DNA of 16,048 nucleotides from Calditrichia bacterium (GCA_037381445.1 JARRQT010000062.1:1-16048), one strand, 5' to 3'. Positions 1-8,185 are shown, numbered from the stretch's first letter. Numbers and translations: made by a program. The notes: generated from the sequence alone by a model not told the origin.

Positions 1-27
1 CCTCGTCGTGGGTGGAATTGTATTCAG

Positions 28-1578
28 CTGCCCTATGATTATCTGTCCGGCGCTGACACGGATTGCGGGTTGGCCAGGATTGCCACTCTGGTTGATAAAT
101 ACAGGGAGAAATACGAGCATGTGATTCTGCTGGATAACGGTGATTTCTCCCAGGGTTCCCCTTTAACATACTACTTTAATTTTAGGGATACGCGAAGTCC
201 GTATCCCCTGGCAGAAATCATGAATGAAATGCATTTTACGGCATCGATTGTTGGCAATCATGATATTGAACAGGGACCCAGGGTATACAACCGGATAAAC
301 AAGCAATTGAAATTTCCCTGGCTTTCCGCTAATGCCAATACCCGCAACGGAAAATCCTACTTTCAGCCCTTTACCATCCGGGAAGTGGCGGGATTAAAAA
401 TCGCGTTCCTGGGATTGACAACTCCGGCTATCCCTTTTTGGCTAAACCCGAATACCTATAAGGGGATCCACTGGCAGGATATGAAAGAAGCTGCGTCGGG
501 GTGGAGCAAATATCTAAAAGAAGATAAAAAGGTGGATTTGTTGATTGGGATGTTCCATGCAGGCATCCGATCCAAAGCACAGAATGACGACTGGCCCAAG
601 GACATTCCTGAGGAGAATCCGACACTTGAGATTGCCGAAAAAGAACCCGGGTTTGATGTTATCATCGCCGGTCATGAACATAAACTATTTAATACCCATC
701 CCCAAGATGGCAAAAGAGATGTGAACAAACCAGCGGTGGTGTTGGCAGGCAGTCACGGCTGCTATTTGGGCGTTATCAGGCTTACCTATAAAGAGAATGC
801 CGGCAGATTGGAGCTGATTGATAAACAGGCGCATCTGGAATCTCTCAAAGGAATAAAACCGCATCCCCGAATTCTGAAATTGTATGAACCCTACCATAAA
901 AAAATACTGAAATATATTGATGAGCCCGTGGGGGAGGCTGCAGAAGATATTGAGAGCAATCATGTCAGATTCCGGGATAACCCTGTTGTGAATCTAATTC
1001 ATCAGGCCCAGTTAAACGCTACAACGGCGGATATCTCTTTGACCACCGTTTTCAGAGATAAATATTTATTGAAAAAAGGTCCCATCCGGGTAAGAGACAT
1101 CTATCAGCTTTATGAATTTGAGAATGATCTGTACGTGGTTTTAATGACCGGCAAACAAATGAAACAGCATCTGGAAAACTCGGCCCGTTACTTCAACCGG
1201 ATTGATCCCCGGGACCCATTCAAGACATCATTGATCAATAATGATTTCAAAGGAATTGAATATGATATGGCGGAAGGAATCCGTTATGAGATCGATATTA
1301 CCCGGCCTGTAGGGGAACGCATCGTTAATCTCACCGCCAGCGGAGTGAAGAAGCCGCTGGATATGAAACGAAAATACAAAGTGGCAGTGAACAGCTACCG
1401 CGCCATTCAGCTAAACAAGAAATACGGGTGCCGAATTATCTGGAAATCCAATAAAGAATTGCGTGAATTTATCATCGATTATATAAAGAAATCCGGGAAA
1501 ATCACCAATCATTTTGAGCCCGGCTGGCGACTGGTTCCGGAAGATATTACGGAAAAAATTATTAGGAAACTGAAATGA
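28..1578 (+). CDS. Bifunctional 2',3'-cyclic-nucleotide 2'-phosphodiesterase / 5'(3')-nucleotidase family protein (CpdB/UshA-like), N-terminus incomplete or disrupted
   Basis: Calcineurin-like metallophosphoesterase motifs DNGDFSQG, VGNHD, FHAG and AGHEH are present, followed by a 5'-nucleotidase C-terminal domain (IYQLYEFENDL, YKVAVNSYRA). Homology-like sequence LPYDYLSGADTDCGLARIATL continues in frame upstream of the TTG at 70, back to about nt 28, so 70 is probably not the true start. The first DxH motif is absent from the window. Confidence 0.88.
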   Translation: MPYDYLSGADTDCGLARIATLVDKYREKYEHVILLDNGDFSQGSPLTYYFNFRDTRSPYPLAEIMNEMHFTASIVGNHDIEQGPRVYNRINKQLKFPWLSANANTRNGKSYFQPFTIREVAGLKIAFLGLTTPAIPFWLNPNTYKGIHWQDMKEAASGWSKYLKEDKKVDLLIGMFHAGIRSKAQNDDWPKDIPEENPTLEIAEKEPGFDVIIAGHEHKLFNTHPQDGKRDVNKPAVVLAGSHGCYLGVIRLTYKENAGRLELIDKQAHLESLKGIKPHPRILKLYEPYHKKILKYIDEPVGEAAEDIESNHVRFRDNPVVNLIHQAQLNATTADISLTTVFRDKYLLKKGPIRVRDIYQLYEFENDLYVVLMTGKQMKQHLENSARYFNRIDPRDPFKTSLINNDFKGIEYDMAEGIRYEIDITRPVGERIVNLTASGVKKPLDMKRKYKVAVNSYRAIQLNKKYGCRIIWKSNKELREFIIDYIKKSGKITNHFEPGWRLVPEDITEKIIRKLK

Positions 1579-1646
1579 TATCTTTTGGGAGACCTAAGCC
1601 AATGTTCAGAAATGAAATTTTTGGTAATTCCCTTTTTTAAAATTTT

Positions 1647-2279
1647 CTATTCTTCCCTGATGCACCAGATGATATCGGCATAATTCATCTTATCTCCAAA
1701 CAAATGAAGCCGGATCGTCTTGTGGATGTCGAAGTTATCCAGGTAACTGTTGATGAATTTACTGAGCATGGGAAATTCCGCTTTCATCCTCCAGTGCTCC
1801 CCATCCCGCTGATACAAAATAATGAATAATTGGTTGTACTGCTCAGCCGTTGAACTCGCCTGTGTTTTGCGGTAATACCAGTAAACCAACTCTTCCTTAT
1901 GTCTGATAGCATAGCGCAGCGTTCTGGCAAAGTGATAGGGGAAGACATTGAATTTGATTTTGAAAGGGATATTCTGAATTAAAAATGCCTCCGCTTCATC
2001 ATAATGATTAAAAATGGGTGTTGTTTGCGGGTGTTCTGCAAAAATCTGATAAACTGCCTTCTGGCTCCAAAAATTATACCAGCGGTTTAAGGCATACTGC
2101 TGAATCTCTTCCGGCAGCCTGGCCATTTCACGGATAATATCATCGAATGTTGATATTGAATAGATGAAACTGATATCCTGCTCCAGATCAGTACTGAATT
2201 TGTAATTCCAGGTGTGGGGAAATAACCATCTTTTTTTGGTTAGATCACAAAAAAAGGAATGCGTTTTTAAATTAGACAG
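1647..2279 (-). CDS. Conserved hypothetical protein with probable degenerate PD-(D/E)xK restriction-endonuclease-like fold. First ATG is at 2126 but the frame is open further upstream; a CTG at 2279 is a candidate start.
   Basis: The ORF track gives 159 aa from 2126. The same frame stays open upstream (LSNLKTHSFFCDLTKKRWLFPHTWNYKFSTDLEQDISFIYSISTFDDIIREM). The motifs KKRW-x-FP-x-x-W, FIY, YALNRWYNFWS, LFIILY-x-x-DGEHW-x-x-KAE and DIIW match my recollection of a Bacteroidota hypothetical family, not verified by search. Confidence 0.6.
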   Translation of the reverse strand: MSNLKTHSFFCDLTKKRWLFPHTWNYKFSTDLEQDISFIYSISTFDDIIREMARLPEEIQQYALNRWYNFWSQKAVYQIFAEHPQTTPIFNHYDEAEAFLIQNIPFKIKFNVFPYHFARTLRYAIRHKEELVYWYYRKTQASSTAEQYNQLFIILYQRDGEHWRMKAEFPMLSKFINSYLDNFDIHKTIRLHLFGDKMNYADIIWCIREE

Positions 2280-2368
2280 GCAGTATTTACGGATGAGATT
2301 CCGAATACCGGGTGAAATTTTGATTGAATGAAGAGTCTTTTGCGAGGATCAAAAGGTATTATTTCAGA

Positions 2369-2761
2369 TTATTCTGTGCCAATCCTTTCTTCTTCACTCT
2401 TCTTGGTATAGACCTTGATAAACTCTTCCTTATACATCTGCTGCAAAAACATGACAGTCCGCTCATCTACGGGATTCATTTCATCTCCGAACTCATTGGA
2501 TAAATCGGCACAAATGTCTTTCACACTATAATTACCGTCACACCGTTTCCAGACAAACGTCCCAACTTTGTCGAGATGGATTCTTCGTGCGGGAGCTTTG
2601 GGCTTGGGCAAAAATTTCCGGGTGAACCAGTTTTCCGGATGGGGAACGTTCACGATTGCGAGATTTTCTTCATCCATTTCATAATCATATTCACGAATAG
2701 GAAACAATTCCATCCATTCTGATATTATTTGTTCGCGATTGGTATTGTTTTTATTCTTCAA
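2369..2761 (-). CDS. Stand-alone PqqD-family protein (RiPP recognition element-like winged-helix domain)
   Basis: C-terminal signature IHLDKVGTFVWKRCDGNYSVKDICADLSNEFG...FLQQMYKEEFI fits the PqqD pattern L-D-x-x-G-x-x-V-W-x-x-x-D-G-x-x-S/T-V-x-x-I. The TTG start is 2 nt after the stop of the regulator. Confidence 0.85.
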   Translation of the reverse strand: MKNKNNTNREQIISEWMELFPIREYDYEMDEENLAIVNVPHPENWFTRKFLPKPKAPARRIHLDKVGTFVWKRCDGNYSVKDICADLSNEFGDEMNPVDERTVMFLQQMYKEEFIKVYTKKSEEERIGTE

Positions 2762-2763
2762 TG

Positions 2764-4122
2764 TTAATCTACCTTCATTTTTAAATAGCGGTTTAAAGTC
2801 TTTCTGTCAATATTGAGTATCTCAGCTACCTCGGTCTTGCGATGAAGCTTGTTGTAGAGGGCCCTTGCATAAATGGCGGATATCTCTTTCAGGCTGTATT
2901 CCCGCTGCAGGGCCTTTTCAATTGCGGGAGGATGATGTGCTATGGTGATACCTTGTTCGGTCAAGTTCTGAATGGTTATCCTCTCGGGGTGAAATAACAA
3001 TAGGCGGATAACGGCATTCTTTAATTCCCTGAGGTTTCCGGTCCAGGGCAGATTCTGTATGACCGAATACACCTCGGGAGCGATTTCAGGAACTGCAATG
3101 CCTTCCTCTTCACAGGTCTCTTTTAGGAGATAATCGAAATAGTCAGGAATATCTTTCTTTCTTTCGGAAAGCGAAGGAACCGGTAGAACGAATCCGGCAA
3201 TACGGTAGTACAAGTCTTCCCGGAAGGTCCCCTTCCGGATTTCATGGGTCAAATCGCGATTGGTTGATGCCAGAATACGGACATCCGCATAGATTTCTTT
3301 CCGGCCGCCCAGGGGATAAAAACTTTTATCCTCGATTACCTGCAATAATTTGGCCTGTAATTTAACGGGAATCTCTCCGATTTCATCCAGAAGAACCGTT
3401 CCGCCATCAGCCTGCTTAAATTTCCCGATTGTGGTGCTCTCTGCCCCGGTGTAGGCGCCCTTGACATGGCCGAATAGTTCGCTTTCCATAAGATTAGGAG
3501 GAAGATTGGCGCAGTTGATGGAGACAAAAGGTCTGCGGGAGCGGCGAGAATGAAAATGAATCAGTTTGGCCAAATAATTTTTGCCGGCTCCGGTTGCGCC
3601 GGTAATTAAAATCGGAGAATCGGCCTGGCTGATACTTTGAACCTGCTGCCTCAGTCTTTCGGCAGCATCACTTTTTCCCAGAATTTGATATTGTTTGACT
3701 TTTTCCCGAAATTGTTTTCTCAGGTAATGATTCTCTCGCTCCAGAGAGGCCATTTCAAACGCCTTGCGAACAAAAATGGGCAATTCAGACTCCAGCCTTT
3801 CATCCTTGCGGAAAACAGCATACACCCCCAGTTGCTGAACTTTTAGATGTAATTCCCGACTGGTGTAGGCACTGACAACAATAATCTTGAGGTTCTGCTT
3901 CAGGAACAAGATATCCTGAAGCATTTTGATTCCCTCCTCCGGTGCGGGGAGACCCAGATCTGTGATGAGGAGATCCACCGGACTGTTCTGTATACTTTCT
4001 ATTGCTTCCTTGGGGGAAGTGCAAAAGGTGATGCGTTCGAAATTTTTAAGCCAAACCTTATACAATCGCCGCCAGTTTAGTTGATCTTCAACGATTAAAA
4101 CTTTCGGTTGGGAATTGGGCAT
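2764..4122 (-). CDS. NtrC/AtoC-family sigma54-dependent response regulator (REC - AAA+ - Fis HTH)
   Basis: Receiver domain: VLIVED, phosphoacceptor in LLITDLGLP, VVSAY, FRK. Walker A GATGAGKN, ESELFGHVKGAYTGA (GAFTGA variant), Walker B LLDEIGE, FREDLYYRI and WTGNLRELKN are present. C-terminal HTH: KTEVAEILNIDRKTLNRYLK. Confidence 0.95.
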   Translation of the reverse strand: MPNSQPKVLIVEDQLNWRRLYKVWLKNFERITFCTSPKEAIESIQNSPVDLLITDLGLPAPEEGIKMLQDILFLKQNLKIIVVSAYTSRELHLKVQQLGVYAVFRKDERLESELPIFVRKAFEMASLERENHYLRKQFREKVKQYQILGKSDAAERLRQQVQSISQADSPILITGATGAGKNYLAKLIHFHSRRSRRPFVSINCANLPPNLMESELFGHVKGAYTGAESTTIGKFKQADGGTVLLDEIGEIPVKLQAKLLQVIEDKSFYPLGGRKEIYADVRILASTNRDLTHEIRKGTFREDLYYRIAGFVLPVPSLSERKKDIPDYFDYLLKETCEEEGIAVPEIAPEVYSVIQNLPWTGNLRELKNAVIRLLLFHPERITIQNLTEQGITIAHHPPAIEKALQREYSLKEISAIYARALYNKLHRKTEVAEILNIDRKTLNRYLKMKVD

Positions 4123-4134
4123 TTCTAAAATGGC

Positions 4135-5424
4135 TTAAAGGTTAATTTCGACAATTACCGGAATTTCTTTGCGCAATTCTGCCAGCCAGGCCTTGAATTC
4201 TTTTTCCCGCTTTGCCTGCAGCGCCCACTGTTCTATCTGTTCCCAGTCTTTTTGCAGTGACAGGGTGCGGGCATCATTCCTTTTGTTCAGCCTTACAATA
4301 TGATATCCGAATTCGGTTTTGAAGGGCTGACTGATTTCGCCTTCCTTTAAGTCCTTCACCGCATCGGCGAATTGCTGAATCTGGAAGCCGCCCTCTTCAA
4401 ACTCCCCAAGATGTCCCTTGTCTTTTTCCACATTGGGATCATTCGAATACTTTACCGCCATTTCCTCGAACGTCGAGTCACCATTGATGATTTTCTGGCG
4501 GATGTCATTTAATTTGTCCACCACGCGCTGTTCATCGGCGGCAGTGGGCTTCAACTGAATCAGGATATGGCGAACATGAATTTTCTCGCCCTGTCTTTCC
4601 AGAAGCTGGATAATATGAAAACCGAATTGTGTTTGAACAATATCGGAAATCTCGCCTTCTTTCAGGGAGAAAGCCACTTCTTCAAATTCTTTTACCAGAG
4701 AGCCCCGGGACACGAATCCCAGGTCTCCGCCATTGCGGGCCGAACCGGGATCTTCGGAATATTTGCGGGCCATTTCGGCAAAATCCGCCCCGTTTTTCAA
4801 CTGGTCCTGAATATTTTTGATTTTTTCATAGGCGGCAGCGATGCTCTTTTCACTGGGGGTCACCTGCATCAGGATGTGGCTGATGTCAACGGAGGCTTTT
4901 ACTCCCGGAATACTGTCCTTATAGGATTCATAGAAATTTTCTACTTCTTTCCGGGATATTTTGATATTGGCGAATTTTTTATCCCGGAGCATGCCAATAA
5001 GCATTTGATTTTTGATTTCGTTGCGCAGATCCTTCTTGATTTTATAAAGCGGTGCGGAATAGTATTGCTCCAGCTTGTCTGTTGAACCGGCCTGTTGGAC
5101 CATATAATCGATCTGCTGATTCAGATTCTGGTCGACCCGCTCTTCATCCACGGTTATGGTGTCTTCTTCCGCTTTTATCAGCAATAATTTTTGATCGATT
5201 AAAGACTCGAGGAACTGTTTGCCGAGCTTATTATACAGTTCGGGTTGGCGTGCAATATCGATCTTGTTCTGAAAGGCATATTGAGTAATCAGGGCATTGA
5301 TATCGGATACCAATACCACATCATTCCCGACAATGGCGGCGGTCCCATCGACCACTTGTTGGGCAAACGAAGGTAACACGAACAGGGTAAAAATCACCCC
5401 GATTGACAGCAAAACCTTTTTCAT
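4135..5424 (-). CDS. surA: Periplasmic chaperone / peptidyl-prolyl isomerase SurA
   Basis: Likely start is the ATG at 5424 (MKKVLLSIG..., Sec signal ending SFA) preceded by AGAAGGAG; the ORF-track start at 5508 lies in AT-rich intergenic DNA. A SurA N-domain (VDGTAAIVGNDVVLVSDI) is followed by two parvulin domains (ISHIL...FAEMARKYSEDPGSARNGGDLGF...FGFHII; VRHIL...FEEMAVKYSNDP...FGYHIV). Confidence 0.9.
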   Translation of the reverse strand: MKKVLLSIGVIFTLFVLPSFAQQVVDGTAAIVGNDVVLVSDINALITQYAFQNKIDIARQPELYNKLGKQFLESLIDQKLLLIKAEEDTITVDEERVDQNLNQQIDYMVQQAGSTDKLEQYYSAPLYKIKKDLRNEIKNQMLIGMLRDKKFANIKISRKEVENFYESYKDSIPGVKASVDISHILMQVTPSEKSIAAAYEKIKNIQDQLKNGADFAEMARKYSEDPGSARNGGDLGFVSRGSLVKEFEEVAFSLKEGEISDIVQTQFGFHIIQLLERQGEKIHVRHILIQLKPTAADEQRVVDKLNDIRQKIINGDSTFEEMAVKYSNDPNVEKDKGHLGEFEEGGFQIQQFADAVKDLKEGEISQPFKTEFGYHIVRLNKRNDARTLSLQKDWEQIEQWALQAKREKEFKAWLAELRKEIPVIVEINL

Positions 5425-5544
5425 AATACTCCTTCTATTCCGTAATTTTAAAATGATTTCAATTATATGATTCCATTCAAAAAGATTTTCTAACGTTGTT
5501 ATATGCAAATAGTTTTAAGTTTTTTTAATTTCTTTCCGCTGCGT

Positions 5545-6387
5545 CTATTTGAAATGCTCCGGATAAATCTCAACCGAATACTTTTCGGACATCTTCTTGG
5601 CGATGTCCTCAACCAGGCTTTCTTTTTTCGCGTTAATCAGGCGAAGGCGGATATCATCCTCTACCAGATCCTGGCTTCTCACGCTTCCCTTTTTCTGCTT
5701 GTCCAGCATCTGGAAATAATAATAACCGGATTCTATTCTGACCGGACCATAAATCCTGCCGGTGCTGCCGGACTTCACCCGTCGGGCGATTTCAGGCCGC
5801 AAATTCCTTACTTCCACATATCCGATGTCGCCGTTCTTCTCCATCATCCGGTTCATTTGGGAATCCAGATAGTTTTTTTGTATAACATCCAGAAGCAGCT
5901 TGCTCTCCCGGATTTCGCCGGCGATCGCCTGATCCGGATTTTCCAGAAATAATTGCACCAGATGGACTTCATCTTCATCTCTGACAAATTCATCTTTGTT
6001 TTCGTCGTAATAATTGGATATTTCCTGATCGGTGACAATGATCTCCTTGGGGAGTTTGGTTTCCAGATATTTTTGACTGAGCATTTCCTTTTCAAGATTT
6101 TCAATGGACCATTTTTCATAACTTGTTAGTGAAATGCCGTCGTTGCGGGCCCCAAGAGCCAGTGTGGTTCTCTGGACCCAGCGGTTGATGTATTGCCGCA
6201 CTACCGCTTCTTTCTGTTCCTCTGGCACATTTGGCGGCATCCATTTCTCCAGTTCACTGCGGGTCAGATAGTTGTCGCCCACTTTTGCCACAATCTCAAT
6301 AAACGGGACCGAATCCTTATGGCACCCCATCAATCCCAAAATCATTGAAATCAGAACCACGGGAATAATCAAATACTTTTTTGTCAT
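5545..6387 (-). CDS. PpiC/PrsA-like lipoprotein with SurA-N-like domain and degenerate parvulin domain
   Basis: Lipobox LMGC; IVAKVGDNYLTRSEL; VTDQEISNYYDENKDEF; NGDIGYV and YGPVRIESGYYYF. The parvulin His motifs are replaced. The gene lies directly upstream of surA. Confidence 0.8.
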   Translation of the reverse strand: MTKKYLIIPVVLISMILGLMGCHKDSVPFIEIVAKVGDNYLTRSELEKWMPPNVPEEQKEAVVRQYINRWVQRTTLALGARNDGISLTSYEKWSIENLEKEMLSQKYLETKLPKEIIVTDQEISNYYDENKDEFVRDEDEVHLVQLFLENPDQAIAGEIRESKLLLDVIQKNYLDSQMNRMMEKNGDIGYVEVRNLRPEIARRVKSGSTGRIYGPVRIESGYYYFQMLDKQKKGSVRSQDLVEDDIRLRLINAKKESLVEDIAKKMSEKYSVEIYPEHFK

Positions 6388-6470
6388 AATACTCTCTGCT
6401 ATGTTAATTTTCTTAATAGTGATTCATTGATCCAGAAAGAATATACATTGCGCATTTCATAAATCATATT

Positions 6471-8108
6471 CTATTGAAGTTCACTCTGTTTTTCATGTTT
6501 AACAGCGGCCTCAATATTGGCTCGTACCTCGTCCAGCGTCTTCTGACGGGCTGGCTGAATGTCATCGGTTTTCAGGACATAATAGAACGGCCCGAACCGG
6601 AATGGGGCGACGATCTGATTTTCCCCGGCGGCAAAGGCTTTCGAAACAACTTCGCCAAAAGCGGAATTCTCCGGCTGATAGCCCAGATCTCCGCCCTTTT
6701 TCTTCATGGGCGCTTTTTCCGTATATTTTTCTGCCAGTTTCTGGAAATCTGAATTCTTCTTTGAGGCCATTTGATAAATTTTATCAGCCAGTTTGCTGTC
6801 TTTTACAGCAATTTCCCAAATCCGGATTTTACGTGGTTCCATATATTTGTTTTTGTTCGCTTCGTAGTAGGCACTCAGGTCCTGATCATTTACTTTCGTT
6901 TCCTGCGCAAGGTGCCGGTCGAACAGTTGTGTCAGCATCCGCCGTTCCAACTGATTGATCTGTTCCTTTACCTCGGGATTGTTCTCCAGTCCTTTATCCC
7001 GGGCGGTAATAACCCAGGCCATATAATTATTATGATTTTCCAGTATCCGCTTCATGCCTTCGGGAGTCGCATAGCGGGTATAAAACATGGCAAACCGGCC
7101 ATGGAACTGATCGATAAAATCGCCCACGGTGATTTCCGTTTTGCCGATATAAGCGAGTTTGACCGCACGCTGTTCCGGCGTGAAGGTGCTGTCCGCAAAA
7201 CCGGGTTTGGAAGACCATTGCTTTACGGTTGCCAAAAAGCTTTCAATACCTTCCTGCGATAATCCTGATTTCATTTTCGATTTAAACTCATCGGTGAGTT
7301 TCTGATAATCCTGGTTTCCCTCGTTCTGAAAATATTTCTGGAACAGCTCTCTTTTGGCCCGGTTTTTATCGGCGCCGTTGATATTACCATGCGCCAATTT
7401 TTTGTTTGTCAGAATTTTCAGAATATAGATGCCGCGATTTGTCGTGACAGGCCCGACGATGCTTCCCGGTTTTGCGCCGGCGATGGCTTTATCGACTTCC
7501 AGATCAAACATTCCGGCCATATAAGGTTTTACCAAACCGTTTCTGTTTTTCAGATTCTGATCGTCAGAATATTCCTGTGACAGAGCCTGCGGGTCTTCAC
7601 CCTGCGCCAATTTGCTTTTTACCTGCTCCGCCAGCGAAATCGCTTCTTCCTTTGTACGGTTGGCCTTGTTGCCGTTTGATCCCTTGTAGCCCAAAACAAT
7701 TGCATTGGCGGTGATTTCGCTGCCTTTTACTTCCGCGTATTTTTCGAGCAGCTCATTGGAAATCAGTTTGTCGACAATTTCGGTTTCGTACAATTTCTGC
7801 GCAATCAGATTATCTTCTTTGGCGCTGATTTCTTTCTTATATTCAGGGTCTTCATCTAATTTCAATTCACGCGCCTTAATAACTTTCAGGTGCTCATCTA
7901 TGATATCCTTGATTACACTTTGTTTCTCTTCCATCGAGATCTTGCTTGCATCCTGTGCATGAAATTTCTGCATGAGCGCTGCTTTGAATTCATCGACGGA
8001 AATTTTCTCATTACCGACCTTTGCGATGGTATCCTGGTTTTTTCCGCAACTCGTCATTAAGATCATCGAAATTAAGAGCGCGGTGACGACAGAGACATAC
8101 TTGAACAT
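6471..8108 (-). CDS. Tandem-domain PpiC-type peptidyl-prolyl isomerase / foldase lipoprotein. The natural C-terminus probably extends to 6399 past an in-frame TAG.
   Basis: Lipobox MTSC, IAKVGNEKIS, and two parvulin-like repeats (LSQEYSDD...NGLVK...GPVTTNRGIYIL; FQKLAEKYTE...GGDLGY...APFRFGPFYYVL). Strong RBS AGGAGGAG at 8115-8122. Confidence 0.85.
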   Translation of the reverse strand: MFKYVSVVTALLISMILMTSCGKNQDTIAKVGNEKISVDEFKAALMQKFHAQDASKISMEEKQSVIKDIIDEHLKVIKARELKLDEDPEYKKEISAKEDNLIAQKLYETEIVDKLISNELLEKYAEVKGSEITANAIVLGYKGSNGNKANRTKEEAISLAEQVKSKLAQGEDPQALSQEYSDDQNLKNRNGLVKPYMAGMFDLEVDKAIAGAKPGSIVGPVTTNRGIYILKILTNKKLAHGNINGADKNRAKRELFQKYFQNEGNQDYQKLTDEFKSKMKSGLSQEGIESFLATVKQWSSKPGFADSTFTPEQRAVKLAYIGKTEITVGDFIDQFHGRFAMFYTRYATPEGMKRILENHNNYMAWVITARDKGLENNPEVKEQINQLERRMLTQLFDRHLAQETKVNDQDLSAYYEANKNKYMEPRKIRIWEIAVKDSKLADKIYQMASKKNSDFQKLAEKYTEKAPMKKKGGDLGYQPENSAFGEVVSKAFAAGENQIVAPFRFGPFYYVLKTDDIQPARQKTLDEVRANIEAAVKHEKQSELQ

Positions 8109-8133
8109 TTAAAACTCCTCCTGAAAAATTTGG

Positions 8134-8141
8134 CAAAGATA
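8134..8141 (-). promoter_or_regulatory. Candidate TAnnTTTG (-7 type) promoter element for the PPIase-surA operon
   Basis: The minus strand reads TATCTTTG about 25 nt upstream of the ATG at 8108, within an AT-rich spacer. It matches the Bacteroidota housekeeping -7 consensus TAnnTTTG. Confidence 0.4.
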
Positions 8142-8185
8142 TGTTTTATTTTTATTCCAAAATAATTTAAAAAATTATCGTTTTA

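Noticed and set aside
2280..2368. Possible RiPP precursor peptide next to the PqqD gene
   Set aside because: There is no minus-strand ORF with a start codon and RBS in this gap, and no modifying enzyme nearby.
5425..5508. 28-aa N-terminal extension of SurA in the ORF track
   Set aside because: It lies in AT-rich intergenic DNA. The ATG at 5424 has a strong RBS and begins a classical signal peptide.
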